Below are positions 1 to 9,324 of a stretch of 32,000 nucleotides of DNA, one piece after another. Both the position numbers and the translations under genes were made by a program. The number at the start of each line of letters is the position of its first letter. The stretch's first letter is position 1. Source of the DNA: Phycisphaera mikurensis NBRC 102666. GTDB lineage: Bacteria; Planctomycetota; Phycisphaerae; Phycisphaerales; Phycisphaeraceae. The stretch covers positions 3,390,001-3,422,000 of the forward strand of contig NC_017080.1 of NCBI RefSeq assembly GCF_000284115.1. Reading direction: 5' to 3'. Below the pieces are notes generated by a model that saw only the letters and a program-made list of their open reading frames with translations, ran no database searches and had not been told where the DNA came from.

Positions 1-146
1 ACGGGTGAGGCGTCGGGCGGGCCCGGCCGGCCGCGGGCGACGCGGACGCGAGACCGGCTCGGCCCGTTCTCCCGCGGTTCCTACACTCGCCGCCCGCGCG
101 TGCGGCCGAACCCGATCCTCCGAAGACCTCAGAAGAAGACCTTTTC

Positions 147-782
147 ATGCCGCTGATCCCGATGGTCATCGAAAAGTCCGGGCGTGGCGAACGCGCCTTC
201 GACATCTACTCGCGCCTGCTCAAGGACCGGATCATCTTCCTGGGTGGCCCGGTGACGGACGACTCGGCGAACCTGATCATCGCTCAGCTGCTCTTCCTCT
301 CCAACGAGAACGCCGAGGAAGACATCCACTTCTACATCAACTCCCCCGGCGGCAGCGTGTCCGCCGGGCTGGGCGTCTACGACACGATGCAGTTCGTCCG
401 CCCCAAGATCTGCACCTACTGCATCGGCGTCGCCGCCTCCATGGGGCAGATGCTGCTGATGGCCGGCAGCGAGGGCAAGCGTTTCATGCTGCCCAACAGC
501 CGCGTGCTCATGCACCAGCCGCTCATGGGCGGCGTGATGCAGGGCCAGGCCACCGACCTGTCGATCCAAGCCAAGGAGATGCTGCGAACCCGCAAGCGGC
601 TCTTCGAGTTGATGGTCCACCACACGGGGCAGGACTACGAGAAGATCGCCCGCGACTGCGAGCGCGACCTCTGGCTGGACGCCGAGGAAACGGTGGAGTA
701 CGGCGTGGCCGACACGGTGCTGCAGCACCTGCCGACGGTGAAGCCCAGCGACGACAGCGGCGACGCCCCCGATGAGGACTGA
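147..782 (+). CDS. clpP: ATP-dependent Clp protease proteolytic subunit
   Basis: The 211-aa ORF is colinear with the ClpP family: [30 protein letters not shown], Ser in GVAASMG, His in LMHQP. The ATG is preceded by the purine tract AGAAGAAGA (131-139). Confidence 0.97.
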   Translation: MPLIPMVIEKSGRGERAFDIYSRLLKDRIIFLGGPVTDDSANLIIAQLLFLSNENAEEDIHFYINSPGGSVSAGLGVYDTMQFVRPKICTYCIGVAASMGQMLLMAGSEGKRFMLPNSRVLMHQPLMGGVMQGQATDLSIQAKEMLRTRKRLFELMVHHTGQDYEKIARDCERDLWLDAEETVEYGVADTVLQHLPTVKPSDDSGDAPDED

Positions 783-1428
783 GCCAGCCGGCCGCCGGTC
801 CTCCCTCCGAGTGCCCGCCGCGCTCGCGGTCGGCTCCGCGACGCTGTTCGCCTGGGGCTGCGGCCCGGGCAACTTCGCGAACACGAACGACCGGCTGCGT
901 CGCGAGAACCTGGAGCTGCAGCAGTCGGTCGACGAGCTGTCGCGGCGGCTCGAACGCGAGGTGCAGGCCCAGGAGGTGCTCCTCGCCCGCGCGTCGGGCG
1001 CCGCGGGCTCCCTCCCCGAGGGCGCCCGCCCGCCGGTGCTCGTCGGGGTGACGATGGACCGCTACGGGGCCGCCGTCGACGAGAACGGCGACGGGCTCGA
1101 CGACCTCGTCCGGCTCTACGTGTACCCGCGGGACCAGCAGGACCGGATGCTGCCCAGCGCCGGGACGCTGACCGCTCGCGTGCTCGACCTCTCCACACCC
1201 GAGCCGACGGTGCTCGGCCGCACGGAGCTGGATCCAGCCGCCTTCGACGCGGCCTACCGCGACGGCTTCACCGGGCCGTACTACCGGGTGGAGGTGCCCC
1301 TGACGGCGCTGGCCGGGCGACCGGCGGGGCAGCGGCCGCGGGAGGTCACGGCGATCGTGTCGCTGGCGCCCGCCGTCGGCGGCCCGGCGCTGACGGCGCA
1401 GCGCGTCTTTGAACTCGACCGCGAGTGA
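772..1428 (+). CDS. hypothetical lipoprotein with N-terminal coiled-coil segment
   Basis: The ATG overlaps the clpP 3' end by 11 nt. The signal peptide ends in the lipobox-like LFAWGC. An [22 protein letters not shown] heptad-like stretch follows, and codon position 3 is strongly G/C. I recognise no family. Confidence 0.6.
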   Translation: MRTEPAGRRSSLRVPAALAVGSATLFAWGCGPGNFANTNDRLRRENLELQQSVDELSRRLEREVQAQEVLLARASGAAGSLPEGARPPVLVGVTMDRYGAAVDENGDGLDDLVRLYVYPRDQQDRMLPSAGTLTARVLDLSTPEPTVLGRTELDPAAFDAAYRDGFTGPYYRVEVPLTALAGRPAGQRPREVTAIVSLAPAVGGPALTAQRVFELDRE

Positions 1429-1490
1429 AGCCCGGCGGGCGCGCGGGCTCGCTGGCATCGGGCCCGAGGGATGCCCCGGCGCGGCGGGCC

Positions 1491-2417
1491 TCACCCCGCC
1501 GCCGCGAGGGCGGCGAGGTCCTGCAGGCGGTCGCCGAGGGCGGCGGGAACGACGCGGCAGCGGTCGGCGACGGCGGGCAGCACCTCGGCGGCGAAGGCTG
1601 CGCGGACCTGTCCGATCCACCGCTCGCCCAGCCGGGGGGCGAGGCTGCCGAGCACTATCGCCCCGGGCACGAGCAGGTCGCCGAGGATCGCGGCGGTCCG
1701 GCCGGTCATGCGGGCGTGCAGGGCGAGCGTGGCGAGGGCGTCGGCATCGCCCGCCGCGGCGAGGGCGGAGAGCGCCGGGCCCGCCGGGGCGGGCTGCGTC
1801 CCGCCCGGCCCCCAGCGGGCGGGCGCCGCGGCCGCGGCGACGCCGGGCAGCCCGGCCCCCGCGCACCAGGCCTCCACGCAGCCGCGCTTGCCGAAGGCTT
1901 CGGGGTCGTCGGGGCCGTCCGTAAGCCGCACGTGGCCCAGCTCCGGCGAGCGGCCCCCGGCCCCCACCCAGGCCTCGCCGCGGAGCACGAGCCCCGCCCC
2001 CATGCCGGTGCCGCAGGTCAGGAAGGCCAGCGTGACCGGCTGGTCGAGGCCGCGGCCGACGCCCCACCGCGCCTCGGCCAGGGCACAGGCCGCGGCGTCG
2101 TGCATGACGCGAACGGGAAGGCCCAGCGCGTCGGTCAGCCGGGCACGCAGCGGGATCGCGTCCCAGCCCGGCAGATTCGGCGGGGCGTGGATGACGCCGG
2201 CCTCGGCGTCGAGCGGCCCGCCGATGGAGACGCCGACCGACGCCACGCCCGCGTGCCGATCCATGAACCCGCGGGCGGCGCGGACCAAGCGGTCGATCAT
2301 CGAATCGGGGCCACGGTCCGCGGCGGAGGGCCACTGGACCCGCTCGATCACCTCACCCTCGGCGGTGCCCACCACCGCGGCGCACTTCGTCCCGCCCACG
2401 TCGAGCCCGAGCCTCAC
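1491..2417 (-). CDS. ROK-family sugar kinase (glucokinase-like)
   Basis: N-terminal LGLDVGGTK phosphate-1 motif and ROK signature LTCGTGMGAGLV...GRSPELGH. The start is taken as GTG 2417, directly before the LGLDVGG motif, forming a GTGA overlap with the upstream SIS gene stop. The 5' part of ORF 1491..2768 is Arg/Pro junk overlapping the SIS gene. Confidence 0.85.
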   Translation of the reverse strand: MRLGLDVGGTKCAAVVGTAEGEVIERVQWPSAADRGPDSMIDRLVRAARGFMDRHAGVASVGVSIGGPLDAEAGVIHAPPNLPGWDAIPLRARLTDALGLPVRVMHDAAACALAEARWGVGRGLDQPVTLAFLTCGTGMGAGLVLRGEAWVGAGGRSPELGHVRLTDGPDDPEAFGKRGCVEAWCAGAGLPGVAAAAAPARWGPGGTQPAPAGPALSALAAAGDADALATLALHARMTGRTAAILGDLLVPGAIVLGSLAPRLGERWIGQVRAAFAAEVLPAVADRCRVVPAALGDRLQDLAALAAAG

Positions 2418-3085
2418 GCCCCCGCTCCCGCGGCGAGCGGCGGGAAGAGACGCCGCTCCAGCATCGCGCACGCCGCGTGGTAGAACGCGAGGTGGTACTC
2501 CTGGGCGCGGAAGGTTTCGGCGGACGGCGCCCGGACGAGGACGTCGCAGAGGCCGCCTAGTGCGCTGTCGGCCGAGCCGGTGAAGCCGATCGTGCCCGCC
2601 CCGCGGATCCTCGCCGCCCGCAGCGCCTGCACCACGTTGGCCGAGTTGCCCGACGTGCTCAGGCCCAGCACCACGTCGCCGGGCCGGGCCAGCGCCCACA
2701 CCTGCTGGGCGAACACGAGGTCGGCCCCGCAGTCGTTCGCGGTCGCGGTCGTGACCGCCGCCGGGCACGCGAGGCTCACCGCCCGCACGCCCTGCTCAAG
2801 CCGCCCCGCCATGTCGGCGCCCGCTTCGCCGAAGGCTTCGGCGAAGGCTTGCTTCTCCTCGACCCGCAGCGGCCGCTCCGCCCGGAAGCTCTTCACCAGC
2901 TCGCCGGCGATGTGGCCCGCGTCGGCGGCGCTCCCGCCGTTGCCGCAGGTGTAAAGCGTGCCGCCGGCGTGGGCCATCGCCTCCAGCACCCCGACGACCC
3001 CGGACAGCGCCGCCTCGCCCCCCGCCCAGCCGGGGCAGGAGGCGCGGAGCTCGTCGCGGATCCGGGCTTCATCGGGAGCGGCCAT
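2414..3085 (-). CDS. gmhA: SIS-domain sugar-phosphate isomerase, GmhA (sedoheptulose-7-phosphate isomerase)-like
   Basis: CGNGGSAADAGHIAGEL and GDVVLGLSTSGNSANV match the two hallmark GmhA/DiaA blocks (SCGNGGS..DA.HFA.EL; GDVLLGISTSGNSANV), followed by the C-terminal RAPS...QEYH block. The assignment is family-level only. Confidence 0.75.
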   Translation of the reverse strand: MAAPDEARIRDELRASCPGWAGGEAALSGVVGVLEAMAHAGGTLYTCGNGGSAADAGHIAGELVKSFRAERPLRVEEKQAFAEAFGEAGADMAGRLEQGVRAVSLACPAAVTTATANDCGADLVFAQQVWALARPGDVVLGLSTSGNSANVVQALRAARIRGAGTIGFTGSADSALGGLCDVLVRAPSAETFRAQEYHLAFYHAACAMLERRLFPPLAAGAGA

Positions 3086-3216
3086 CCCGCCGACGCTACC
3101 GGCTCCGCGAAATCACCGCGACGCCGACGCGACCGGGCCTGACGCCCGCGGTGCGGGGCACGGCAGCAACCCCGCCGGGGCGCAGGCCATCGGCACCGGC
3201 GCACGCACCCGAGCGA

Positions 3217-4431
3217 ATGCGGTCGGCTCGTCCTCCTCGCGCCGCCCGCGCCCCGGCCGGTCCCGGATTCCTACGGTCGCCCGTGCGGCACGCCTGCTCG
3301 ATCCTGCTGCTGGCGACGGCGTGCACCCTCCAGAGCGGATGCCTGGCGGGGTTTGTGGCGGATCGGCTGATCGCGCCGACGAACGGGGGCGACCTGGCGG
3401 GCGTGGTGCCGCTGGAGGGCCCGGGGATCTTCAACGGGGGCGGCTCGCTGGCGGTGGGCCCGCCGGAGTCGCCGGCGACGATCGTGTACTGGGTGATGGA
3501 GCCGGGGCCTTTCGCGGCCGAGGCGGTGCCGGTGGGCGAGCCGCGGACCGACCTCGACGACGTGCCCGCCGCGGCGGACCGAGGGCAGGGGCAGCGGTGG
3601 GTGGTCGTGCGGGCGAGCCACCCGCAGCTCGATCACGACCTCGTGCTGCGGCGGCCGGTGGCCGACGCGGGGCCGCAGCCGCTGGGCGCCCGCGGCGCGG
3701 CGGCGACGGTCTTCCTGCTGCAGGGCTGGGGCTCGCGCCAGCGAACCCTCCCGTACCTGTGGCACGTGGCGGGCTGGCTGGCCGACGCCGGGTGCCGGGT
3801 GATCCTGCCGGACCTCCGGGCGCAGGGCGATTCCTCCGGCGCCCACCTCACCTTCGGGATGCACGAGCGGCACGATCTTGCGGCGCTCGCGACGCACCTG
3901 CGGGCGGCCGGGCTCCTGGAGGGGCCGCTGGGCGTGGTCGGCCACTCCTACGGCGGCGCCACGGCGATCCAGTGGGCGGCCACCGACCCGCGGGTCGCCC
4001 GGATCCTCGCGCTGAGCCCCTACGCCGACGGGGAAACGACCGGTGACACGGTGCGCAACCTGCTGCGGGAGAAGTCCGGCGTGCTCGCTCTTCTGCTGCG
4101 CCCGCTGCTGACCGACGCCTTCTTCGAGCGCGTCGGCGTCCGCATCGGCGAGAAGATCGGCAGCGGGCCCGACGACGGCAGCCCGATCGCGAGCCTCCGG
4201 CAGATCGACACCCCGCTGCTGCTCGTGCACGGGAGCGACGACCGCAACGTGCCCGTTCGCAACGCGTCGCGGCTGCGGGACGCGCGGCCGGCCGGCACCA
4301 CCTTCTGGCGGATCGACGGGGCCGCTCACTACGACTACCTCTTCACGCACCAGCGCGGCTTGCACGAGCGGCTCGACGCGTGGGTCGCCGCGCTCCGCTC
4401 CGCGGACCGCGGCCCGGAAGCGCCGCCGTGA
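3217..4431 (+). CDS. alpha/beta-hydrolase fold lipoprotein
   Basis: Nucleophile elbow GHSYGG, LLVHGSDD acid region and a C-terminal GAAHYD His. The N-terminus carries a lipoprotein signal, ILLLATACTLQSGC. The start is uncertain: ATG 3217, or in-frame GTG 3283 which gives a shorter classical signal peptide. Confidence 0.8.
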   Translation: MRSARPPRAARAPAGPGFLRSPVRHACSILLLATACTLQSGCLAGFVADRLIAPTNGGDLAGVVPLEGPGIFNGGGSLAVGPPESPATIVYWVMEPGPFAAEAVPVGEPRTDLDDVPAAADRGQGQRWVVVRASHPQLDHDLVLRRPVADAGPQPLGARGAAATVFLLQGWGSRQRTLPYLWHVAGWLADAGCRVILPDLRAQGDSSGAHLTFGMHERHDLAALATHLRAAGLLEGPLGVVGHSYGGATAIQWAATDPRVARILALSPYADGETTGDTVRNLLREKSGVLALLLRPLLTDAFFERVGVRIGEKIGSGPDDGSPIASLRQIDTPLLLVHGSDDRNVPVRNASRLRDARPAGTTFWRIDGAAHYDYLFTHQRGLHERLDAWVAALRSADRGPEAPP

Positions 4432-4476
4432 GCCGCGGTCCGCGGTCCGCGGATGCCCGCGAGCCCCCCCCGCGCT

Positions 4477-4572
4477 TCAGCGCGTCTTGAAGATGCGCCA
4501 CAGGCACCACGCGTTCAGCAGCACGACGGCCGTCACCGACACCGACATCGCCACCCATCCACCGGCCGTCAT
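4477..4572 (-). CDS. 31-aa single-TM micro-protein, candidate small subunit of the adjacent NSS transporter (MetS-like)
   Basis: MTAGGWVAMSVSVTAVVLLNAWCLWRIFKTR has one hydrophobic helix plus a basic tail. Its ATG (4572-4570) overlaps the transporter TGA (4571-4569) as ATGA. It is below the ORF-track size cutoff and appears only as the tail of the spurious ORF 4477..6012. Confidence 0.55.
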   Translation of the reverse strand: MTAGGWVAMSVSVTAVVLLNAWCLWRIFKTR

Positions 4573-6248
4573 GACGTTGCTCCGCTTATCCAGGTCGACT
4601 CGTCCTCTTCGGCTTGCTGGTCCTCGGACATCCGCTGCCACCGGGGCACCGCCATGCGGATCGCCATCAGCGTGCCGAAGATCACCAAGCCCATGAAGCC
4701 GACCGAGGCGGCGACGACGGGATCGCTGAACACGGCGGCGAACATGCCGCCGTCTCGCGTGACGAGCTGGTCGTAGAGGAACGCCACGAACAGCACGCCC
4801 AGGTAGATCGGGCACACCCAGCGGACGACGAAGCCAAGCAGCCGCGGCACCCGCATGGCGGCCCCCCGGTCGAGCTCGGCCATGCCCCGCTCGGGGCCGA
4901 GCACCCAGCCGAAGAGGATCGTCTGCGTGAAGGCGAGCACGTAGATGAACAGCGTGCCCACCCAGGTGTCCAGCGTGTCGAGCGCCTTGGCGTCTTCGCT
5001 GAAGACCAGCACCAGCAGCGTGCCGGCGGCCGCGACCGCGGCCAGCAGGCCGACTGCTTTCGCGCGCGTCAGGCCCAGCCCCTCCTCGAAGAGCGCGAGC
5101 GCCCCCTGCAGCATCGACAGCGAGCTGGTCGCCGCCGCAAGGAAGAGCAGGAAGAAGAACAGGAAGCCGAAGAGGCGGCCGCCGGGCATCGCGTCGAAGA
5201 CCAGCGGGAGCGTCATGAAGCCCAGGTTGAAGGTGCTCGCCGCCGCGGCGGTGAGCGCCGTGGCCGAGAGGAACAGCGCCGCGGCGGGGATGGTGATCAG
5301 CCCGCCGAGGCACACCTCGCACAGCTCGTTGCCGGCCGCGGCGGAGACGCCCGAGAGTGCGATGTCCTCGTTGCGCTTCACGTAGCTGGAGTAGACGATG
5401 ATCAGCCCGAAGCCGATCGAGAGCGAGAAGAAGATCTGGCCGGTCGCCTCCACCCACATCGTCGGGTCGAGCAGCTGCTGCCGCCAGCCCGCGGCGTCGG
5501 CCGGCGGGTTCCACATCTGTCCGAGCCCCTCGGCGATGCCCGGCAGCGTCAGCACGCGGAGCAGCACGACGAAGGCGCACAGGATCAGGGCCGGCATCGC
5601 GAGCAGGCAGAACCTCTCGATGCCCCGGCTCACGCCCCGGGCGATGAGGCCGAAGTTCAGCGCGAAGCACAGCAGCACGGCCAGCAGCAGCCCCGGCTTG
5701 GCGAAGGCGGCGCCGTTGGCGTCGAGCCCGGCCCAGTCCGTGAAGAGCCCGACGAAGGGCGAAGCGTCGACCTCGCCGGCCGCGGCACCCGCCGCCGCCC
5801 GCTCGCCGAGCTCGGCCATCGTCCCCGTCAGGAAGAACCACGCGTAGCTGAGGCACCAGGCCTCGATCAACACGTAGTACATGAAGATGATGACCGGCAC
5901 GATCGTGCCCAGCGTGCCCAGGTACGCCATCCCCCGCTTCTGCGAGAGCGCCCAGTAGATGCCCGGCGTCGAGTGGAAGCCTTTGCGGCCGCCGCGTCGG
6001 CCCAGCGCCCACTCGGCCCAGGCCAGCGGGATGCCCAGCACCAGCAGCGCCACGAAGTACGGGACCATGAATGCCCCGCCCTCGTACTTCGCGGCGAGGC
6101 CGGGGAAGCGGAGGAAGTTGCCGAGGCCGACGGCCGAACCCACCACCGCGAGGATCACCCCGACGCGGGTGCCCCAGTGGTCGCCGCCGGCGCCGGCGGC
6201 GGGCGGTGGGGCCGGGGCGGGCTCGGCGGCTGCGGGTGGTTCGGGCAT
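4569..6248 (-). CDS. sodium-dependent transporter, neurotransmitter:sodium symporter (NSS/SNF) family
   Basis: WGTRVGVILAVVGSAVGLGNFLRFP...GGAFMVPY is the canonical NSS TM1 block, followed by about 12 predicted TM stretches. The start is taken as ATG 6248 (MPEPP). The in-frame upstream extension has A/T-rich third positions, which is atypical for coding sequence here. Confidence 0.92.
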   Translation of the reverse strand: MPEPPAAAEPAPAPPPAAGAGGDHWGTRVGVILAVVGSAVGLGNFLRFPGLAAKYEGGAFMVPYFVALLVLGIPLAWAEWALGRRGGRKGFHSTPGIYWALSQKRGMAYLGTLGTIVPVIIFMYYVLIEAWCLSYAWFFLTGTMAELGERAAAGAAAGEVDASPFVGLFTDWAGLDANGAAFAKPGLLLAVLLCFALNFGLIARGVSRGIERFCLLAMPALILCAFVVLLRVLTLPGIAEGLGQMWNPPADAAGWRQQLLDPTMWVEATGQIFFSLSIGFGLIIVYSSYVKRNEDIALSGVSAAAGNELCEVCLGGLITIPAAALFLSATALTAAAASTFNLGFMTLPLVFDAMPGGRLFGFLFFFLLFLAAATSSLSMLQGALALFEEGLGLTRAKAVGLLAAVAAAGTLLVLVFSEDAKALDTLDTWVGTLFIYVLAFTQTILFGWVLGPERGMAELDRGAAMRVPRLLGFVVRWVCPIYLGVLFVAFLYDQLVTRDGGMFAAVFSDPVVAASVGFMGLVIFGTLMAIRMAVPRWQRMSEDQQAEEDESTWISGATS

Positions 6249-6413
6249 GGGGCTTGCGAGGCGCGGACGGGCAGGCCCCTGCAAAGTAATGCGGCGCCGC
6301 AAAACACGGAGGCGCAAGGCGAAGGTGTCAGGTACATTCATCCGACCGCCGGCCGAGCCCGACGCCCGGCTCCGGGCGGACCCGCGGGGCGATCTGGCCG
6401 ATACGCCGGATCC

Positions 6414-7058
6414 ATGGAAGCTCCTCTCGCCCCCGCCGCCCCGCACGCCGTCACCGTTCCCGCGTGGGCGCTGCACCGACGCCTCTACGACTGGACGCTG
6501 AACCTCGCGAACACGAAACACGCGACGTCGTCGCTGGCGGCGATCTCCTTCGCCGAATCGAGCTTCTTCCCGATCCCGCCCGACGCCCTGCTCGCGCCCC
6601 TTTGCATGGGCAACCGCAGCAAAGCGTGGTGGTTCGGCTTCGTCTGCACCGCGGCGTCCATCGCCGGGGCGCTGCTCGGCTACCTCATCGGCTGGGGCTT
6701 CTGGGAGGCCACCTCCGGCTTCTTCTTCAACTACATCCCCGGCTTCAGCGAGGAGAAGTTCGCGACCGTGGAGGCCTGGTACGCCCGGTATGGCGCTTGG
6801 ATCCTCTTCGCCGCGGCCTTCACGCCGATCCCCTTCAAGATCTTCACGATCGGCGGCGGCGCGCTCTCGCAGGCGTTGCTGCCCTTCCTGCTCGCGGCCA
6901 CGGTCGGCCGCGCGGCGCGATTCTTCCTCGTCGCCGCGCTCTTCCGCTGGGCCGGCGACCGCGCTCAGCCCTTCATCGACAAGTGGTTCAACCTGCTGTG
7001 CGTGCTGGCGGTGGCGCTGCTGATCGGCGGCTTCGCGGCGCTCAAGCTTCTGCACTGA
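6414..7058 (+). CDS. YqaA/DedA-type (SNARE-associated) inner-membrane protein
   Basis: FAESSFFPIPPDALLAPL, FTPIPFKIFTI and GRAARFFLVAAL are typical of the YqaA family (COG1238). The ATG is at 6414. Confidence 0.9.
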   Translation: MEAPLAPAAPHAVTVPAWALHRRLYDWTLNLANTKHATSSLAAISFAESSFFPIPPDALLAPLCMGNRSKAWWFGFVCTAASIAGALLGYLIGWGFWEATSGFFFNYIPGFSEEKFATVEAWYARYGAWILFAAAFTPIPFKIFTIGGGALSQALLPFLLAATVGRAARFFLVAALFRWAGDRAQPFIDKWFNLLCVLAVALLIGGFAALKLLH

Positions 7059-7239
7059 GGCCTCCGAGCCGATCGTCCGGGTTCCGCGGGCGGGGACCGC
7101 GGCCGCGCGCTCGACCCGCCCCCGCGGCGGGACCCGGTCCGCCGCGGGGCGACGCGACGCCGTCGCGAATGCGGGCCGCCCCCGGCCGGCGTGGCCCCGC
7201 TGCCGAAGAGCCGGCGGGCGCCGCGGGTATCGGCGCCGC

Positions 7240-8556
7240 GTGGGAACGCCCGCGCGATCCTGGTCCGAAGGACGACCCTGCTCAGGAGCCGGGCGACGCC
7301 CGCCTCTACGTTCCTCCGCCTTGGATCTCTCCCCGCTCCGCCGCCAGTACTTCTTCACCTACATGGTGATGGGCTCGATCGCGCCCTTCATCTCCGTCTG
7401 GCTGCGGGAGCAGGGGCTCTCCAAGCCGCAGGTGGGCTCGGTGATGACGCTCACGGGCGCGGCGGTGCTGGTGACGCCGGTGATCACGACGGCGTTCGCC
7501 GACGCGGCGATCGCGACGCGGCGGATCGTCGGCGGGTGCTTCGCGCTGGCGATCCTCGCGCTGGCCGGGCTCTCCGTCGCCGGCGCGGCCGGGGCGCCGG
7601 TGGTCCTGATCGGCGTGCTGTACGGGCTCTACGCGCTCACGCAGGCGCCGCTGCCGCCGCTGCAGGACGGGCTCTTCTTCCGGACGGCGGGGGCGGGCGC
7701 CGGCCCGGGGTCGCGCTACCACCGCACGCGGGTGTTCGGCACGGTCGGCTTCATCGGGCCCTCGCTGGTGCTCTTCTTCTGGCTGCGGGAAACCGGGCGG
7801 ACCGACGCGGCGCTGCACGTGGGCGCCGTCGCGGCGGGCCTGGGCCTGCTCAACGCCTTCACGCTGCCCAGCGACCGGGCACCCGCGGCCGGCGCGGCCG
7901 GCGCGGCCCCCGCGGAGCCGGCCGAGAAGCCGAAGCGGCGCGGTGCCTCGCTGCCGACCGTCGCCGCGGCGAGGGCCGTCGCCCGCGACCCGGTGATGCT
8001 CGCCTACTGGGCGGCGATGTGGCTGCTCGCGGCGGTGTCGGGCTCGTACTACAGCTTCTACCCGCTGTACCTCACCGAGGCGGTCGGCATCGGCCGGGAG
8101 TGGGTGGGCCTCATCTCCAACCTCGGCGTGCTCGTCGAGCTCGGCTTCATGCTCGCCTTCGGCAGGCTGGTCGGCCGCTTCGGGCTCCAGGCGGTGGTGC
8201 TCGCCGGCGTCGCCGCCGTCCTCGTGCGGATGGTCCTGCTCGCCGCCTTCCCCACGCCCGCGGTCGCCGTCGGCACGCAGGCCTTCCACGGCCTGATGGT
8301 GCTGCTGCTGTTCGTGACGCCGCCGGTGTTCCTGAACGCCCGGGCGCAGGAAAGCTTCCGCAGCTCGATCCAGGGCCTCTTCGCGATGCTGGTCTTCGGC
8401 ACCGGCCGCATGACCGGCACCTTCACCAGCGGCTGGATCTCCGAGGGCTTCGGCCTCCCCGCGGTGTACGCGGCGGCCTCGGCGGCCGCCCTGCTGGCCG
8501 GCGTCGTCCTGCTGCTGACGCCGCTGGGCGGGCGGGTGGAACCGGCGGCCTCGTGA
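7240..8556 (+). CDS. MFS transporter (MFS_1_like / LacY-HcaT-like)
   Basis: About 12 TM segments with the N-terminal block YFFTYMVMGSIAPFISVWL..GLS..QVG typical of this MFS subgroup. The start is uncertain: GTG 7240, or in-frame TTG 7321 just before the conserved block. Confidence 0.85.
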   Translation: MGTPARSWSEGRPCSGAGRRPPLRSSALDLSPLRRQYFFTYMVMGSIAPFISVWLREQGLSKPQVGSVMTLTGAAVLVTPVITTAFADAAIATRRIVGGCFALAILALAGLSVAGAAGAPVVLIGVLYGLYALTQAPLPPLQDGLFFRTAGAGAGPGSRYHRTRVFGTVGFIGPSLVLFFWLRETGRTDAALHVGAVAAGLGLLNAFTLPSDRAPAAGAAGAAPAEPAEKPKRRGASLPTVAAARAVARDPVMLAYWAAMWLLAAVSGSYYSFYPLYLTEAVGIGREWVGLISNLGVLVELGFMLAFGRLVGRFGLQAVVLAGVAAVLVRMVLLAAFPTPAVAVGTQAFHGLMVLLLFVTPPVFLNARAQESFRSSIQGLFAMLVFGTGRMTGTFTSGWISEGFGLPAVYAAASAAALLAGVVLLLTPLGGRVEPAAS

Positions 8557-8653
8557 GCGGGACGGCGGGGAGGCGCGGCGCGACCGGCAAGGCGGCCGGC
8601 GCGGCCAGCCCCCCACCGCGCCGGGAAGCTCCCGCCCGGCGGCGGCATCGGGA

Positions 8654-9121
8654 TCACCCGGCGGCTCGGAGCGCACGCTCGGGCGCGTAGTGCCGCTCGA
8701 GGAACGCGTCGATCGCGCCCGAGGCGGCGACGCGGAAGTGCGTGGGGCCGGCGATGCGGTGGGCGGCGAAGGTGACGGCCCGGGCCAGCCGCGTGCGGCA
8801 CGCGGCGATCAGAAGCTCCCCGGACGCCTCGAAGCGGAGCGGCACCATGCGGAACTGCGACGCCTGCCGGCGGTGCAGCATCGCCAGCGCCGCGGGCTCG
8901 GGCTCGACGCCCCGCAGCGTCAGCGTGCCCGTGGCGCGGTGGTACTGCTCCACCCAGGCCTCCTCGATCCCGTCGACGCTGACGCCGAACATCCGCTCGG
9001 CCAGCAGCCCGAAGGGCACCGGGCCCTCCTCTTGCCGCCGGGCGACCTCCTCGGCCTGATCCCGGGTCAGGCGGCCCTGCTGCACCAGCAGCTCTCCGAT
9101 CCGCAGCACGTGTCCGTTCAT
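8654..9121 (-). CDS. stand-alone T2SSE_N / MshEN-like domain protein
   Basis: A 155-aa product beginning MNGHVLRIGELLVQQGRLTRDQAEEVARRQ... resembles the N-terminal domain of GspE/MshE ATPases but has no ATPase domain. The SD-like GGAG (9132-9129) sits 7 nt before ATG 9121. Confidence 0.8.
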   Translation of the reverse strand: MNGHVLRIGELLVQQGRLTRDQAEEVARRQEEGPVPFGLLAERMFGVSVDGIEEAWVEQYHRATGTLTLRGVEPEPAALAMLHRRQASQFRMVPLRFEASGELLIAACRTRLARAVTFAAHRIAGPTHFRVAASGAIDAFLERHYAPERALRAAG

Positions 9122-9274
9122 TCTCTCGCTCCTCTCGTGGCGTCGGCGTGACGCCCGCAGCGCAGGGATCGGCCGTCGCGGGCCCGCACGGGGGCCGGTG
9201 GCGGGCTTTTCGCGGGAAAGCCCGGCCGCGGCGACGCCGCAGCCCGCACCGGCCGCACAGCCCGCCGCGGAACC

Positions 9275-9300
9275 GCTTCGGCGGCCATCGCGGCCGAAGC
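9275..9300 (-). terminator. GC hairpin downstream of the SH3b gene (possible U-poor intrinsic terminator)
   Basis: GCTTCGGC-10 nt-GCCGAAGC forms an 8-bp perfect stem 25-50 nt after the stop at 9325. There is no proper U tract, so the call is weak. Confidence 0.3.
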
Positions 9301-9324
9301 CGGGCTGAAGTCCGAGACGCGGGC

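Noticed and set aside
1-146. Possible 3' end of an upstream gene (for example tig) and a clpP promoter (TACACT at about 83-88; the same CTACACTC octamer also precedes the GbsR-type regulator at about 23153-23160)
   Set aside because: The window edge is too short to recognise any coding remnant. The shared octamer is a weak -10-like match, and I could identify no -35 partner.
523-2334. 603-aa minus-strand ORF overlapping clpP, the lipoprotein and the ROK gene
   Set aside because: The translation is almost pure Arg/Pro/Gly/Ala. It overlaps three ORFs that carry clear motifs or signal peptides, and I recognise no motif in it.
6290-6301. Perfect 12-bp palindrome TGCGGCGCCGCA in the NSS/YqaA divergent spacer, as a candidate operator
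   Set aside because: Short GC palindromes are expected by chance at this base composition. I noticed no second half-site or repeat copy, so I cannot support a regulatory call.
6249-6341. In-frame upstream ATG giving the NSS transporter a 31-residue N-terminal extension (MNVPDTFALRL...)
   Set aside because: Third codon positions in this stretch are frequently A/T (AAT, GTA, CCT, CGT, GTT, ATT, ACT), unlike confirmed coding sequence in this window. The region looks like promoter or leader sequence.
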